Counted from the stretch's first letter, positions 28,854 to 38,615 are shown. The stretch: 64,000 nt of DNA from an uncultured Verrucomicrobiae bacterium (GCA_963789055.1 CAWBJE010000001.1:10495-74494), one strand, 5' to 3'. Notes: generated by a model not told the origin, from the letters alone. Translations and numbers: made by a program.

Positions 28854-28962
28854 GGAATTCCGCCCCGGTCGTCCATTCCAAACTGATTGGGCATCGGGCT
28901 TTGGACTTGCCAGAGAGCGGCGCTACCGCTAACAGCTAAGAAGTCTGGAGAGGAGAAGGGTT

Positions 28963-30399
28963 ATGAAAATTCGATCTCATGCCGGGTTGGTCACCGGCTT
29001 ATTGTTGTTGTTGGCCGCGTTGGGACTGAGTGGATGTGGCACGATAGAGGCGCCGCAGCAGCAAAATGTCGTCCTCGTGGACCACTCGGGCCGGTCGCTT
29101 TACCTGTCCGGCACGAACGCGCTGAAACGCGAATCCACCAACGATTTCGAACTGCATCTGGCCGCCATCACCAATGCCATTGCCACCGACACCAATTGCC
29201 TCGCTCCTGATGGGACCCGGCAAATCCTGATTTTTGTCCACGGCGGCCTGAACACCTACAATCAAAGTTTGCAGCGGGTGGATGAGCTCACGAACCATAT
29301 CGCGGCCAATCATTACTACCCGCTCTTTGTTAACTGGGACTCGGGGCTGAAATCGAGTTATCTGGAACATTTATTTTTGGTACGGCAGGGGGAAGTGGAA
29401 CCGTTCTGGGGTCCCGTCACCTTCCCGCTGTATTTCGTGGCAGACGTGGGGCGCGCCGTGACCCGTGCGCCGGTCGTCTGGTATTTCCAATTGACCAGCG
29501 ATTTCACGACCACGGTGCGTTATGAAAATCCGGTTAATTTCTGGCACAGCCGGTCCAATGCGCTGGCGCGCGCTTCGTCCAATTCCTGGACCGGGTTGCG
29601 CCTCTCCATCGGCAGCGACGACCGCACGTGGGCAAGCAAATGCGGTTATTTCTCATCCTACATCGTCACCTTCCCCTTCAAACTGGTGACCGGGCCGTTC
29701 GTTGACGCTTTCGGCAAGAGCGCCTGGGACAACCTGTCGCGCCGGACCCAGACGATGTTCCGGTCGCCGGAGCAATTTGAGCAACCGGCCATCAGCAACG
29801 AAATCTGGGTGGCCCACCAGCGAACCGGTAAGCCGGCCGACGGAGCCGTAGCCCGCTTGATGCAATCGCTGGAAGATCTCGCCGCTGCCAATCCGTCGAA
29901 CCATTACGCCATCACCCTCATCGGCCACAGCATGGGCACGATTGTCGCCAACGAGATGCTGCGAACGCATCCCGGCCTGTGTTATTCCAACATCGTTTAC
30001 ATGGGCGCGGCCTGCAGCGTCAGCGACTTTGCCAGTGCCGTTATTCCCTGTCTGGAGCGCCAGACCAACGCGCATTTCTACAATCTCACGCTGCATCCCA
30101 TCGCCGAGGCGCGGGAAGCGCAGTGGAACTGTCTGGATCTCACGCCGCGCGGCAGCCTGCTGGAATGGATTGACAATTTTCTGGCCAATCCCCGCACCGT
30201 TCCCGAACGCACGCTCGGCAAATGGGACAACGCGGTTTCCACCACCGCGCTCATCCCGACGAATGTGGCCGGCCGGGTCCGCATCAAGGCGTTTGCCGTG
30301 GGGCCGCGGAGCGAGTTTCCCGACAACCCGATGGTTCACGGCGATTTCAGCGAGGAACCGTTCTGGGACCGTGATTTCTGGACCAAACGGGCGCCCTGA
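28963..30399 (+). CDS. Lipoprotein alpha/beta hydrolase (DUF900-like)
   Basis: LSGC lipobox, IFVHGG, IGHSMG nucleophile elbow, C-terminal HGDF. Confidence 0.8.
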   Translation: MKIRSHAGLVTGLLLLLAALGLSGCGTIEAPQQQNVVLVDHSGRSLYLSGTNALKRESTNDFELHLAAITNAIATDTNCLAPDGTRQILIFVHGGLNTYNQSLQRVDELTNHIAANHYYPLFVNWDSGLKSSYLEHLFLVRQGEVEPFWGPVTFPLYFVADVGRAVTRAPVVWYFQLTSDFTTTVRYENPVNFWHSRSNALARASSNSWTGLRLSIGSDDRTWASKCGYFSSYIVTFPFKLVTGPFVDAFGKSAWDNLSRRTQTMFRSPEQFEQPAISNEIWVAHQRTGKPADGAVARLMQSLEDLAAANPSNHYAITLIGHSMGTIVANEMLRTHPGLCYSNIVYMGAACSVSDFASAVIPCLERQTNAHFYNLTLHPIAEAREAQWNCLDLTPRGSLLEWIDNFLANPRTVPERTLGKWDNAVSTTALIPTNVAGRVRIKAFAVGPRSEFPDNPMVHGDFSEEPFWDRDFWTKRAP

Positions 30400-30415
30400 C
30401 TTGCCGGTCTGGACA

Positions 30416-30490
30416 GTGGCCGCCGAGGTGACGAGGCGAGGGCAGTATGAGACTTTCCGCTAAATTCCGCCTCCTCACGTCGGCGCCTAC
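30416..30490. repeat. GTAG/GTGG palindromic repeat
   Basis: GTGGCCGCCGAGGTGACGAGGCG...CGCCTCCTCACGTCGGCGCCTAC; same family as the in-frame copy at 37979-38049. Confidence 0.8.
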
Positions 30491-30582
30491 AATTTTTGGG
30501 ATTATCCATTGGTTTGCATTCGCGCTCGACCCGGCGACCGGAAGCCGTTACCTTCCATGCAATTCTCACCCCGAGGTGAATT

Positions 30583-31062
30583 ATGGATGAACTATTGAAA
30601 ATTTTGCAGGCCAACGCGATTGAATCGCGCGAGAACATCGCGAAGATGCTGAACTCCACGGTCGCGAAGGTGAATGAGCGCATCGCCAAATACGAAAAGA
30701 ACGGCGTCATCCGCGGCTACCAGGCCATTCTGAACGAGGACAAGCTGGACCTCGACACGGTCACGGCCGTCATCGAGGTCAAGGTGTCGCCCCAGCGCGA
30801 AGGCGGATTCAACACCGTCGCCGCCCGCATCAGCAAGTTCCCCGAGGTGCGCTCTGCGTATCTCATGAGCGGCACCTACGACGTGCTGTTGTTCATCGAG
30901 GGCCGCAACCTCCGCGAAGTGGCCGCCTTCGTCAGCGAACGGCTGTCGCCGCTCGATGGCGTGCTGTCCACCTCGACCCATTTCATGCTCAAAACCTACA
31001 AGCGCCTCGGCGTGCTGATGGAATCCGGCCATGCAGAAGAAAGACTCAGTGTCGCTCCGTAA
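30583..31062 (+). CDS. Lrp/AsnC-family regulator (YugG-like)
   Basis: GVIRGYQAIL, FPEVRSAYLMSGTYD, STSTHFMLK. Confidence 0.92.
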   Translation: MDELLKILQANAIESRENIAKMLNSTVAKVNERIAKYEKNGVIRGYQAILNEDKLDLDTVTAVIEVKVSPQREGGFNTVAARISKFPEVRSAYLMSGTYDVLLFIEGRNLREVAAFVSERLSPLDGVLSTSTHFMLKTYKRLGVLMESGHAEERLSVAP

Positions 31063-32212
31063 CCGCGTCAACGCGACGGTGCGCGACATCCCGCGCTCGG
31101 GCATCCGCGACTTCTTCGACATCGTCAGCACGATGAAGGACGTGATCAGCCTGGGCATCGGCGAGCCGGACTTTGACACGCCCTGGCACGTGCGGGAATC
31201 CACCATGTTCGCGCTCGAACGCGGCGTGACGCATTACACCAGCAATTATGGCTACCTCGAACTCCGCAAGGTGCTCGCCAGATACGTCGGCAAAAAGTTC
31301 GGCGCGGAATACAACCCGGAGGACGAAATCCTCATCACCGTCGGCGTGAGCGAGGCGCTGGACCTGGCCTTGCGTGCGCTGGTCACGCCCGGGGACGAGG
31401 TGCTATACCACGAACCGTGCTACGTTTCGTACCGCGCCACCATCCTGTTTGCGCACGGCAAGCCGGTGGCGGTGGAAACGAAGCCGGAAAACGGATTCCG
31501 CCTCACCCGCGCCATGTTGGAGAAAAAGGTCACGCCCAAGACGAAGGTGCTGATGCTGAATTTCCCGAACAATCCCACCGGCGCCGTCATGGGCCGGCAG
31601 GATCTGGAGGACATCGCCGCGTTCGCCCGCGAGCGCGACCTCATCGTCGTTACGGACGAGATTTACGGCGAACTGACCTATGATGCGCCGCACACGAGCA
31701 TCGTGAGCCTGCCGGGGATGCGCGACCGCACGATTTTCCTGCACGGCTTCTCGAAGGCCTGGGCGATGACCGGTTACCGGCTCGGCTACGCCTGCGGCCC
31801 GGCCGAGCTCATCGAAGCAATGATGAAAATTCACCAGTACACGATGCTGTGTGCGTCGTCGATGGGGCAGAAAGCCGCGATTGAAGCGCTGGCCCGGCCG
31901 GATGCCGACGTGGGCGAGATGGTGAATGAATATCGCCGCCGCCGGAATTTCATCGCCTCATCATTTGCGGACATGGGTATTGAATGCCATCGTCCGCTCG
32001 GGGCCTTCTACGCGTTTCCCAGCGTGGCGAAGTTTGGCCTGAAATCGAAGGACTTTGCGTTGAAGCTGTTGAACGAGGAAAAGGTGGCGGCGGTGCCGGG
32101 AACCGCTTTCGGCGAATGCGGCGAAGGTTTCATCCGCTGCGCCTACGCGACCAGCATGGACAATCTCAAGGAAGCCATGGTCCGGTTGAAGCGGTTTACC
32201 TCAAAGCTGTAA
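31031..32212 (+). CDS. Class I/II PLP aminotransferase (YugH-like); start may be GTG 31049
   Basis: SLGIGEPDFDTP, NFPNNPTG, DEIY, GFSKAWAMTGYRLG. Confidence 0.93.
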   Translation: MQKKDSVSLRNRVNATVRDIPRSGIRDFFDIVSTMKDVISLGIGEPDFDTPWHVRESTMFALERGVTHYTSNYGYLELRKVLARYVGKKFGAEYNPEDEILITVGVSEALDLALRALVTPGDEVLYHEPCYVSYRATILFAHGKPVAVETKPENGFRLTRAMLEKKVTPKTKVLMLNFPNNPTGAVMGRQDLEDIAAFARERDLIVVTDEIYGELTYDAPHTSIVSLPGMRDRTIFLHGFSKAWAMTGYRLGYACGPAELIEAMMKIHQYTMLCASSMGQKAAIEALARPDADVGEMVNEYRRRRNFIASSFADMGIECHRPLGAFYAFPSVAKFGLKSKDFALKLLNEEKVAAVPGTAFGECGEGFIRCAYATSMDNLKEAMVRLKRFTSKL

Positions 32213-32346
32213 TTGCTCAGAATTACAAGTCGTTCATATAAAGGTATTTGACAAAACTTTGTGTCACATATGCGACAAAGTTTTGTAGTACGATCAGGAA
32301 TGGAACTGTGGGTAGTGAGCTACCGAAGTGTGATGCGATTGAATAA

Positions 32347-33614
32347 TTACGCCGTTGCCAGATTGTCTTCCAGCATTTTGGATTTGCCTGATGGCGGTTC
32401 GATTTCGGTGCCGGCCGGTGTGGCTTCCCAGACTTTGATTGGTTCGTAAAAAGAATTCCGCTGCACCGGTGTGCGGCCGGCTTCGCGGATGGCTTTGAGC
32501 ATTTCCGCCTCGGTCTGGAGTTGCGGCGAGTTCGCGCCGGCCATGTGGAAGATGTGTTCCTCGATGATGGTGCCGTGCAAATCGTCCGCGCCGTAACTCA
32601 ACGCCACCTGCGCCAGCTTCAAGCCCATGCCCACCCAATACGCGGTGATGTGGTCGAAGTTGTCGAGGTAAATGCGGCTCACGGCGATGGTGCGCAACGC
32701 GTCGAAACCGGTCGGCGGATTTTTCCACCGGGATGTCGTTGTTCTCCGGCTGATACGGCAGCGGCACGAAACCGACAAAGCCCTTTGTCTCGTCCTGCAA
32801 CGCGCGCAACTGCCGCAGATGGTCCACGCGGTCGGCGAGCGATTCGACGTGTCCGTAGAGCATCGTGCAGGTGCTGCGCCCGCCCAGCTTGTGCCAGGTG
32901 CGATGCACGTCCAGGTATTCCTCCGCGGATTCCTTGCCTTTGGCGATGGCGGAGCGGACTTCCTTGCGGAAAATTTCCGCGCCGCCGCCGGTGAGCGAAT
33001 CCAGCCCGGCGGCCTTCAGTTCAATCAAGGTTTGTTCGACCGATTTTTTGGCGAGCCAGGCGAGGTGCAGAATTTCAATCGCCGTGAAACATTTGAGATG
33101 CAGCCTGGGTAGGTAGGGCGCGCTGTCGCCCAGCGCGCCGCCCTGGTGGGGCGAGGCTACTGACGAGCCGGCTCGCGGGGACGCTCGCCCCACCGCCTCA
33201 TCGTTCAGCGCTCTTAGCGCCTTGAGCATGTCGGTGTAATAGCTGAACGGCAGGGACGGATGCAGTCCGCCAACGATGTGCAGTTCGGTGATGCCGAGCT
33301 TCAAAGCTTCCCGCGCCTTTTGCCACGATCTGCTCCACGGTCAACTCGAAGCCGTCGGCGTCGCGCTTCTTGCGCGCGAACGAGCAGAACTGGCACGACA
33401 GGATGCAGTAGTTCGAGTAGTTGATGTAGCGGTTGATGATGTAGCTGGCGCGGTTGCCGACCTTTTTCTGGCGCGCGAGATCGGCGATGGCGCCGACGGC
33501 GTTCAAGTCCTTCGATTCAAACAGCCGGAGCGCGTCGGCCTCGGAAATGCGTTCGCCGGCGGCGACCTTGTCGTACAGGTCGCGCAACTCGCTGCGTTGA
33601 ACGAAGAAATTCAT
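32347..33614 (-). CDS. mqnE: Aminofutalosine synthase MqnE-like radical SAM; frameshifts near 33320 and 32725; in-frame repeat insertion
   Basis: NRYINYSNYCILSCQFCSF, ELHIVGGLHP, FTAIEI, GGGAEIF, TMLYGHVE, SRIYLDNFDHITAYW, GADDLHGTIIEE. Confidence 0.85.
33113..33194. repeat. Palindromic repeats inserted in frame in mqnE
   Basis: GGTGGGGCGAG...CTCGCCCCACC palindrome (33145-33194) plus a GTAGGGCGCGCTG..CAGCGCGCC half element. Confidence 0.8.
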
Positions 33615-33666
33615 CCGTCCACAGAGTAAAGCACCTTTCCCGCGGCAAGGCAAATACGCCTGGCTT

Positions 33667-33823
33667 GTGGGTGGCACAGGCCTCTGGCCTGTTGTTTCCG
33701 GCGTCACGCCGGGAACCGGCGAGCGACATACGATTGCTCCCAACCGAAAGAGTGTCGGCAAACTTCGTCACTGATGAAATTCGGCGGGACGCCGAATTTG
33801 ACCCGCGAGACGCGGGTCCTACC
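33667..33823. repeat. Composite palindromic repeat between mqnE and the ECF gene
   Basis: Hairpins ACAGGCC/GGCCTGT, CCGGCG/CGCCGG, AAATTCGGCG/CGCCGAATTT and GACCCGCG/CGCGGGTC, ending CCTACCC. Confidence 0.65.
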
Positions 33824-34570
33824 CTCGCAAACGCGCCGAACAGCGCGCGCATTTCCTCGTCCACGTCGGCCGCATCGGCCAGGGTTTGCGCGATTTCGTC
33901 GCGCAGCAGTTGCCGGTAACGCTTTCGCAGCCGGTGCACCGCCACGCGCACGGCGCCTTCGTCCATGTCCAGCGTTTTCGCGGCGTCGGCATGGGACAAT
34001 TCGCCCTTGCCGGCGGTGAGAAAGATTTTCAACTCCGCGAACTGTTTCCCCCGACCGTCCGCCTCGCACTCGGCTTGCAGCCGCTCGATGACCTTGGCGA
34101 GCAGGGTCACGGCCCACTCGCGGTCGAACGCCTGGTCGGGACTGGGCTCGGCGGTGGCGGCGACCTGGAATTGCGTGTCGGCGGTCTGCCAGTCAAGCGA
34201 CAGGGGCGTCACGCCGCCGCCGCGTTTCTGGCGCCGGGATTTGTCCCATTCGTTGGCGAGAAAATGTTTCAGCGACGCCAGCAGGAAGGCGCGGAAACGG
34301 CCGCGCTCGGCGCTCAGGCCGGCGAGATAATTTTTCCCCAGGAACCGCGCGAAAAATTCCTGGGTGAGGTCCTCGGCGTCTTCCTTCGATGTGGCCGCGG
34401 CGGCGGACGTAGGCGTAGAGCGGGAACCAGTAGGTGCGGCACAGTTCCTCCAGCGCGCGGTCGGATTGCGGCGTGGAGCGCTTGCCCGCCGCGAGCACGA
34501 CCGTCCAGTGCGTCGTGGCGAAGATGTCGCCCGGCGCGCCCGTGGACGGCGTGGAGGATTCGGAGGTCAA
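33817..34570 (-). CDS. ECF sigma factor of the STK-associated type (frameshifted; 3' end uncertain)
   Basis: FATTHWTVVLAAG, LCRTYWFPLYAYVRRRG, FDREWA, AVRVAVHRLRKRY; TTG start overlaps the upstream stop. Confidence 0.82.
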
Positions 34571-34899
34571 GCAGTTCCCGTCAGGATGGACTGGCACACG
34601 GCTATGAATTTTTCCGGGTCGTCCGGTGAAAAACCGATGCGTTTGAACAGGCCGGATTTTTTTATCAGCAAAACGTGGCGGCAGAAGTTGCAATTATCAA
34701 GCTTCACGCCCCAGATGAATCCTTTCTGGCCGCGGAAAATGGCGGGCGCACTTCGATTTTTAAATATCGTTCGCCGGCGGAATGACGAGCGTGTGGAAAA
34801 GAAACCAGGATTGCAGTTCGAGCCGGTCCGGGTAAATGCGATACTCCTGCCACAGGCCTTGCCCGTCCGTTTTGAAATGTAAATGGGCGCGTCGTTCAT
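34567..34899 (-). CDS. Small hypothetical protein (frameshifted internally)
   Basis: Pieces of two ORFs join into MNDAPIYISKRTG..LWQEYRIYPDRLELQ...GFSPDDPEKF. Confidence 0.55.
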   Translation of the reverse strand: MNDAPIYISKRTGKACGRSIAFTRTGSNCNPGFFSTRSSFRRRTIFKNRSAPAIFRGQKGFIWGVKLDNCNFCRHVLLIKKSGLFKRIGFSPDDPEKFIAVCQSILTGTA

Positions 34900-35119
34900 C
34901 TGCCAAGGTGTTTGACGGTTTTGTTGCGCGGTTCAATGAATGAAATACCCCGCCGCCCGCCATTGGCCATCTTTTTCGAGCATGAACGTGACGGTTTCAG
35001 TCACGGATTTTTTGTTCGCAAACGTAGCTGGAATTGCACAACGACATGTTATTCGTCCGGCGTGCCCGGCAGACCGGTGGTTGTCTGGCCGGTTGCGTTC
35101 CATCTGTATCTGCCTTTCT

Positions 35120-38100
35120 TCAGTGTTGTTCTGTTTTCTGAAACACGACTATCTGCGCCGCCCTATCCTCGTGAAACCAGATCAGGATGCCTTTGGAGTT
35201 CCAGATCAATTTCTTCGCGCTCCCGACATTCTCCTGCGAACTCGGTTCGCCGTAGGCGTCCAGGGCGTCTTTGAGGGGAGAGCCAAACCCAATTCCTGCG
35301 GTGGTGAGTCCCGGAAAGCCTTCGTCGAACCGCAGTTCGAAGGCGCCGCTGGCATCGACGAGGCAATGCACGTGGGCCTGTTTCCACTTCATCCAGCGAT
35401 TATCCGAATCGCTGTCGGGCTGGCCGAGGGTCTGGATGAGTTCCGCGCGCGTGGCGCCCAGCTTGAACCCGTTCCAGCCTTTCCCTTCGGCGATCTGGTC
35501 AGCGGAGGCGGGCAGACCGGTGGTTGTCTGGCCGGTGGCCGGTGGCTTGTTCTTGAAGTTCAACAGGTCCAGCAACACCTGACATTCGGCATCACTCAGT
35601 TTTCCGGTTACCTCAACCGCCGGGCCGGTGATCTTTGAGCGAATCACCGGTGCTTTCAACACGCGCCCGCGCCAGACGATGGCCAGCTGTCGGCCGATAT
35701 TGGTGGCGGTGATGTCCGAAAATTTCCGCGCGGCGTCACTCTTGAGAATAACGCTGATGGTTTTGTCTTCGGATTGACCGGACTCAAGGCTGGCGCTGGC
35801 AACGGCGGAACTGTCCAGCAACACTTCCTTCAAGATGCGCAACTTCGTCTGCCCGGTCCGGTCGTTGGGATCAGCCAGCTCGTCGGCGGGAGTGTTCGTG
35901 TTGCCCTCGGCGGCCACCAGCCGGAATTCGAGCTCCGCAGACGAGGACGTCGTTTGTTGCGGAGATTGCACGACCACCTCGTTAACCGGGCCAAGGTCCG
36001 TGGTATCGCCTGCCCTCTGATTGGTTGCCAAGCTCCATCCTTTCGGAAGCTTGCTTTCTTCGAGGGCTTCGGCCTTGTTGCCAAAATAAAGCGCGGCGAA
36101 CGAACCACCATCGGCATACATCGAGACGTGCGGTAGACCGGGAACAAGAGGCAAATAAACCAGAGTAAAATCGCCGCGTCCCTTGGAAATCGGCCGTATT
36201 TCTCCATTGCCTTCAGGGGCGTTTTTATTTGCCACGGTGATGTAAAGCGCCAGTTCCGCGCTATCACGACTGACCAGATTGTAATGCCCCTTGACCGTCA
36301 TCTGCTCTTTGGTTCGCTCGACCGAGGTGATTTCAATGGAATCGCCTTTTGGGAAATCTGCCTGGCCGATTTGAAAGTTGGAGAGGGCTTCTTCGCTTTG
36401 ACGCAACACATATAATCCGGGTTTCGAGTGGAAGAGAATATAGTCGCCGTTCTTCCATTCCACGAACATGTAATTAGTGCCGCCGATGTTCCGGATCTCA
36501 TAGTTGGCGGCTGTTCTCTCGCCCGAGTTGATGATCACCCCCTTGGTCCAGGTGAGCCATCGATAGCTTGTCTGGCCGCCGGGCAGGACGGAAAACATTT
36601 GAAAAACGGGCAGATCAAACCGGGAGAACCGTGAGCCAGGCTTGTAATCTTCCGGCGCGCTGACGAAATCAACGCTGGTCCATTGGCCGATCGCCTGCGG
36701 GTCATCCACAAACGGCAGATTCACGTTGTCCACATTCCGGGCGCACAGGACCCATGACGCCGTGGTAAAACTAATGACCCCCAGCGCCAGCATCCCACAC
36801 ACAAAAGCCTGCAGGATACCTTTTGTCCACCGGGGTTTGGCGGAACCATCCATGGCACCCGGTAGCCGATTCATCCTGCGCCAGACCCGGCGGAAAATTA
36901 GAAAATCAACGGCGGCACAGACCACGATCAGGAGCAACAGCCAAAAGGCGAAGTCCCACAGATTCACAAACAGCGAGCCATTGAGCCCTCTCCACTTTGC
37001 TGCGGTTTTTGCCAGTACCAGCCACAGAACGCTGATTAATACATCCAGACCGAGCAAGGGAAAAAGCAATCCATCAAAAACCGCCAGTTCCAGCCCGTGA
37101 AGTTTCCCGGCGGACCGCCGGATTTGTGTGGTTGCCAGCCAGCCGAGAATGGTCGTGCTCAACGGCGCGGCCAGTCCCAGAAAGAGAAGCAACCGGGACA
37201 GGCTGCCGTAGGCCTGCGGAAACTGTTCCTGACCGAGGATGATGGCAAGCAGGGCGGCGAGGAAAAATGGGGTCCAAGCCGCGCCCAGGATTGCCATGCG
37301 CGAGAAGCGCGACGCGATTTCAGACTTCGGATTTCGGATTTCGGATTTTTCAGAACGAGCCTCCTCACGTCGGCTGCCACCCGGTAAAGGCGTTTCCGCG
37401 ATGGTTTCCACCTGCGTCTTGAGCACGCTGACCTGCTGATAGCGAAGTTCTGGTTTCTTCTCCAGCGCCCGCATTACGACTTCATCCAGCCGCACGTCAA
37501 TCTGGACTTTCGACGATGGCGGTTCGAGGCGTTTGCCGGGCAATTCGCCGGTGAGCATCTGGTAAAACACCACGCCCAACGCGTAAATGTCCGCGCGGTT
37601 GTCCACTTCGTTGGGGTGCTCCACCTGCTCTGGTGCCATGTAATTGGGCGTGCCCATGACCTTGCCGGCGGCGGTGAGGGCATCGGTGGCAGGGACGCGC
37701 TGCTGCGCGTCCTGGCCGAGCGGCAGCTCGGCCCTACCGTCTGATTGAACCAGTTTTGCCAGACCGAAATCCGCCACCTTCACCCGGCCGCGGCGGTCGA
37801 GCAGGATATTTTCCGGCTTGATGTCGCGATGGACGATGCCCTGGTCGTGGGCAAACTGGAGCGCGTCGCAGATTTGCGGGACGATGGCCAGCGCTTCCCG
37901 TGGCGCGATGCGGCCGGCATGGAGCAATTGCCGCAGGTTCACCCCATCCACAAATTCCATCAGGAAGTAATAAATTTCGTGGCCGCCGACGTGAGGAGGC
38001 GGAGCGTCCGTGGGACTCAAAGCTTCCGCCTCGTTACCTCGGCGGCTACCAACCTGCCCGAATTCGTAAAGCGTGACAATGCCGGGGTGATTCAATTTCG

Positions 38101-38464
38101 CGAGCGCCCTAGCTTCGCGCGTGAAGCGCCCGGCGAACGCAGGATCGTTGCCGATGCCGGGCGGAAGGATTTTGAGCGCGACGAGGCGGTCCAGTTCTTT
38201 TTGTCGGGCCTTGTACACCGCGCCCATGCCGCCCTTGCCGACAAGTTCAAGTATTTCCAGTTGCGGGAACATCGGCGCGAGTTCGGTAATCGGAGGTGGC
38301 TGGAACGGCGGAGTCCGCCCGCCCGTGGCGGTTTCTTCTGCCGCGCCCTGCTTCAGGAGGCAAGCGGGGCAAAGTCCGGCGAGCGCACCGGGCGGCAGCG
38401 GCGTGCCGCATTGCGGACATTGGTTTCCCTCAGGCATGGGTTGATTCAATTTTACCGTGTCCAT
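35120..38464 (-). CDS. Membrane Hanks-type Ser/Thr kinase with extracellular domains, including a SecDF P1-head-like domain
   Basis: GKGGMGAVY, ALKIL, HRDIKPEN, DFGLAK, GTPNYMAPE; TM block; LEFRLV...NIGRQLAIV...APVIRSKI. Confidence 0.92.
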   Translation of the reverse strand: MDTVKLNQPMPEGNQCPQCGTPLPPGALAGLCPACLLKQGAAEETATGGRTPPFQPPPITELAPMFPQLEILELVGKGGMGAVYKARQKELDRLVALKILPPGIGNDPAFAGRFTREARALAKLNHPGIVTLYEFGQVGSRRGNEAEALSPTDAPPPHVGGHEIYYFLMEFVDGVNLRQLLHAGRIAPREALAIVPQICDALQFAHDQGIVHRDIKPENILLDRRGRVKVADFGLAKLVQSDGRAELPLGQDAQQRVPATDALTAAGKVMGTPNYMAPEQVEHPNEVDNRADIYALGVVFYQMLTGELPGKRLEPPSSKVQIDVRLDEVVMRALEKKPELRYQQVSVLKTQVETIAETPLPGGSRREEARSEKSEIRNPKSEIASRFSRMAILGAAWTPFFLAALLAIILGQEQFPQAYGSLSRLLLFLGLAAPLSTTILGWLATTQIRRSAGKLHGLELAVFDGLLFPLLGLDVLISVLWLVLAKTAAKWRGLNGSLFVNLWDFAFWLLLLIVVCAAVDFLIFRRVWRRMNRLPGAMDGSAKPRWTKGILQAFVCGMLALGVISFTTASWVLCARNVDNVNLPFVDDPQAIGQWTSVDFVSAPEDYKPGSRFSRFDLPVFQMFSVLPGGQTSYRWLTWTKGVIINSGERTAANYEIRNIGGTNYMFVEWKNGDYILFHSKPGLYVLRQSEEALSNFQIGQADFPKGDSIEITSVERTKEQMTVKGHYNLVSRDSAELALYITVANKNAPEGNGEIRPISKGRGDFTLVYLPLVPGLPHVSMYADGGSFAALYFGNKAEALEESKLPKGWSLATNQRAGDTTDLGPVNEVVVQSPQQTTSSSAELEFRLVAAEGNTNTPADELADPNDRTGQTKLRILKEVLLDSSAVASASLESGQSEDKTISVILKSDAARKFSDITATNIGRQLAIVWRGRVLKAPVIRSKITGPAVEVTGKLSDAECQVLLDLLNFKNKPPATGQTTTGLPASADQIAEGKGWNGFKLGATRAELIQTLGQPDSDSDNRWMKWKQAHVHCLVDASGAFELRFDEGFPGLTTAGIGFGSPLKDALDAYGEPSSQENVGSAKKLIWNSKGILIWFHEDRAAQIVVFQKTEQH
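37317..37380. repeat. In-frame heptamer tandem plus half palindrome in the kinase gene
   Basis: (ATTTCGG)n and CCTCCTCACGTCGGCTGCCAC; encodes GGSRREEARSEKSEIRNPKSEI. Confidence 0.75.
37689..37737. repeat. In-frame palindrome in the kinase activation loop
   Basis: GGACGCGC..GCGCGTCC and GGCCGAGC..GCTCGGCC-CTAC; encodes GRAELPLGQDAQQRVPA. Confidence 0.8.
37979..38049. repeat. In-frame palindrome in the kinase N-lobe
   Basis: GTGGCCGCCGACGTGAGGAGGCGG...CCGCCTCGTTACCTCGGCGGCTAC; encodes SRRGNEAEALSPTDAPPPHVGGH. Confidence 0.85.
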
Positions 38465-38540
38465 GCTTTCTTCAGAAGCAAATCCCGAAAAATGTTACCG
38501 GAAGCTATTGGAAACGCGAAATACGCGAACGGCTTGAAAA

Positions 38541-38615
38541 TGGAGCCAATGGCCGGGATTGAACCGGCGACCGACGGTTTACGAAACCGTTGCTCTACCG
38601 CTGAGCTACATTGGC
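38541..38615 (-). tRNA. tRNA-Thr(CGT)
   Basis: GCCAATG acceptor stem, D arm TAGCTCAGCGGTAGAGC, anticodon loop TTCGTAA, GGTTCAATCC, encoded CCA. Confidence 0.96.

Noticed and set aside
27768..28888. CRISPR array
   Set aside because: Only three repeats, separated by hundreds of bp, and no cas genes.
33517..33816. 100-aa C-terminal extension of the ECF sigma factor
   Set aside because: It reads through a palindromic repeat and into mqnE. The stop was probably lost to an indel or to the repeat insertion, and a TAG lies one frame off at ~33817.
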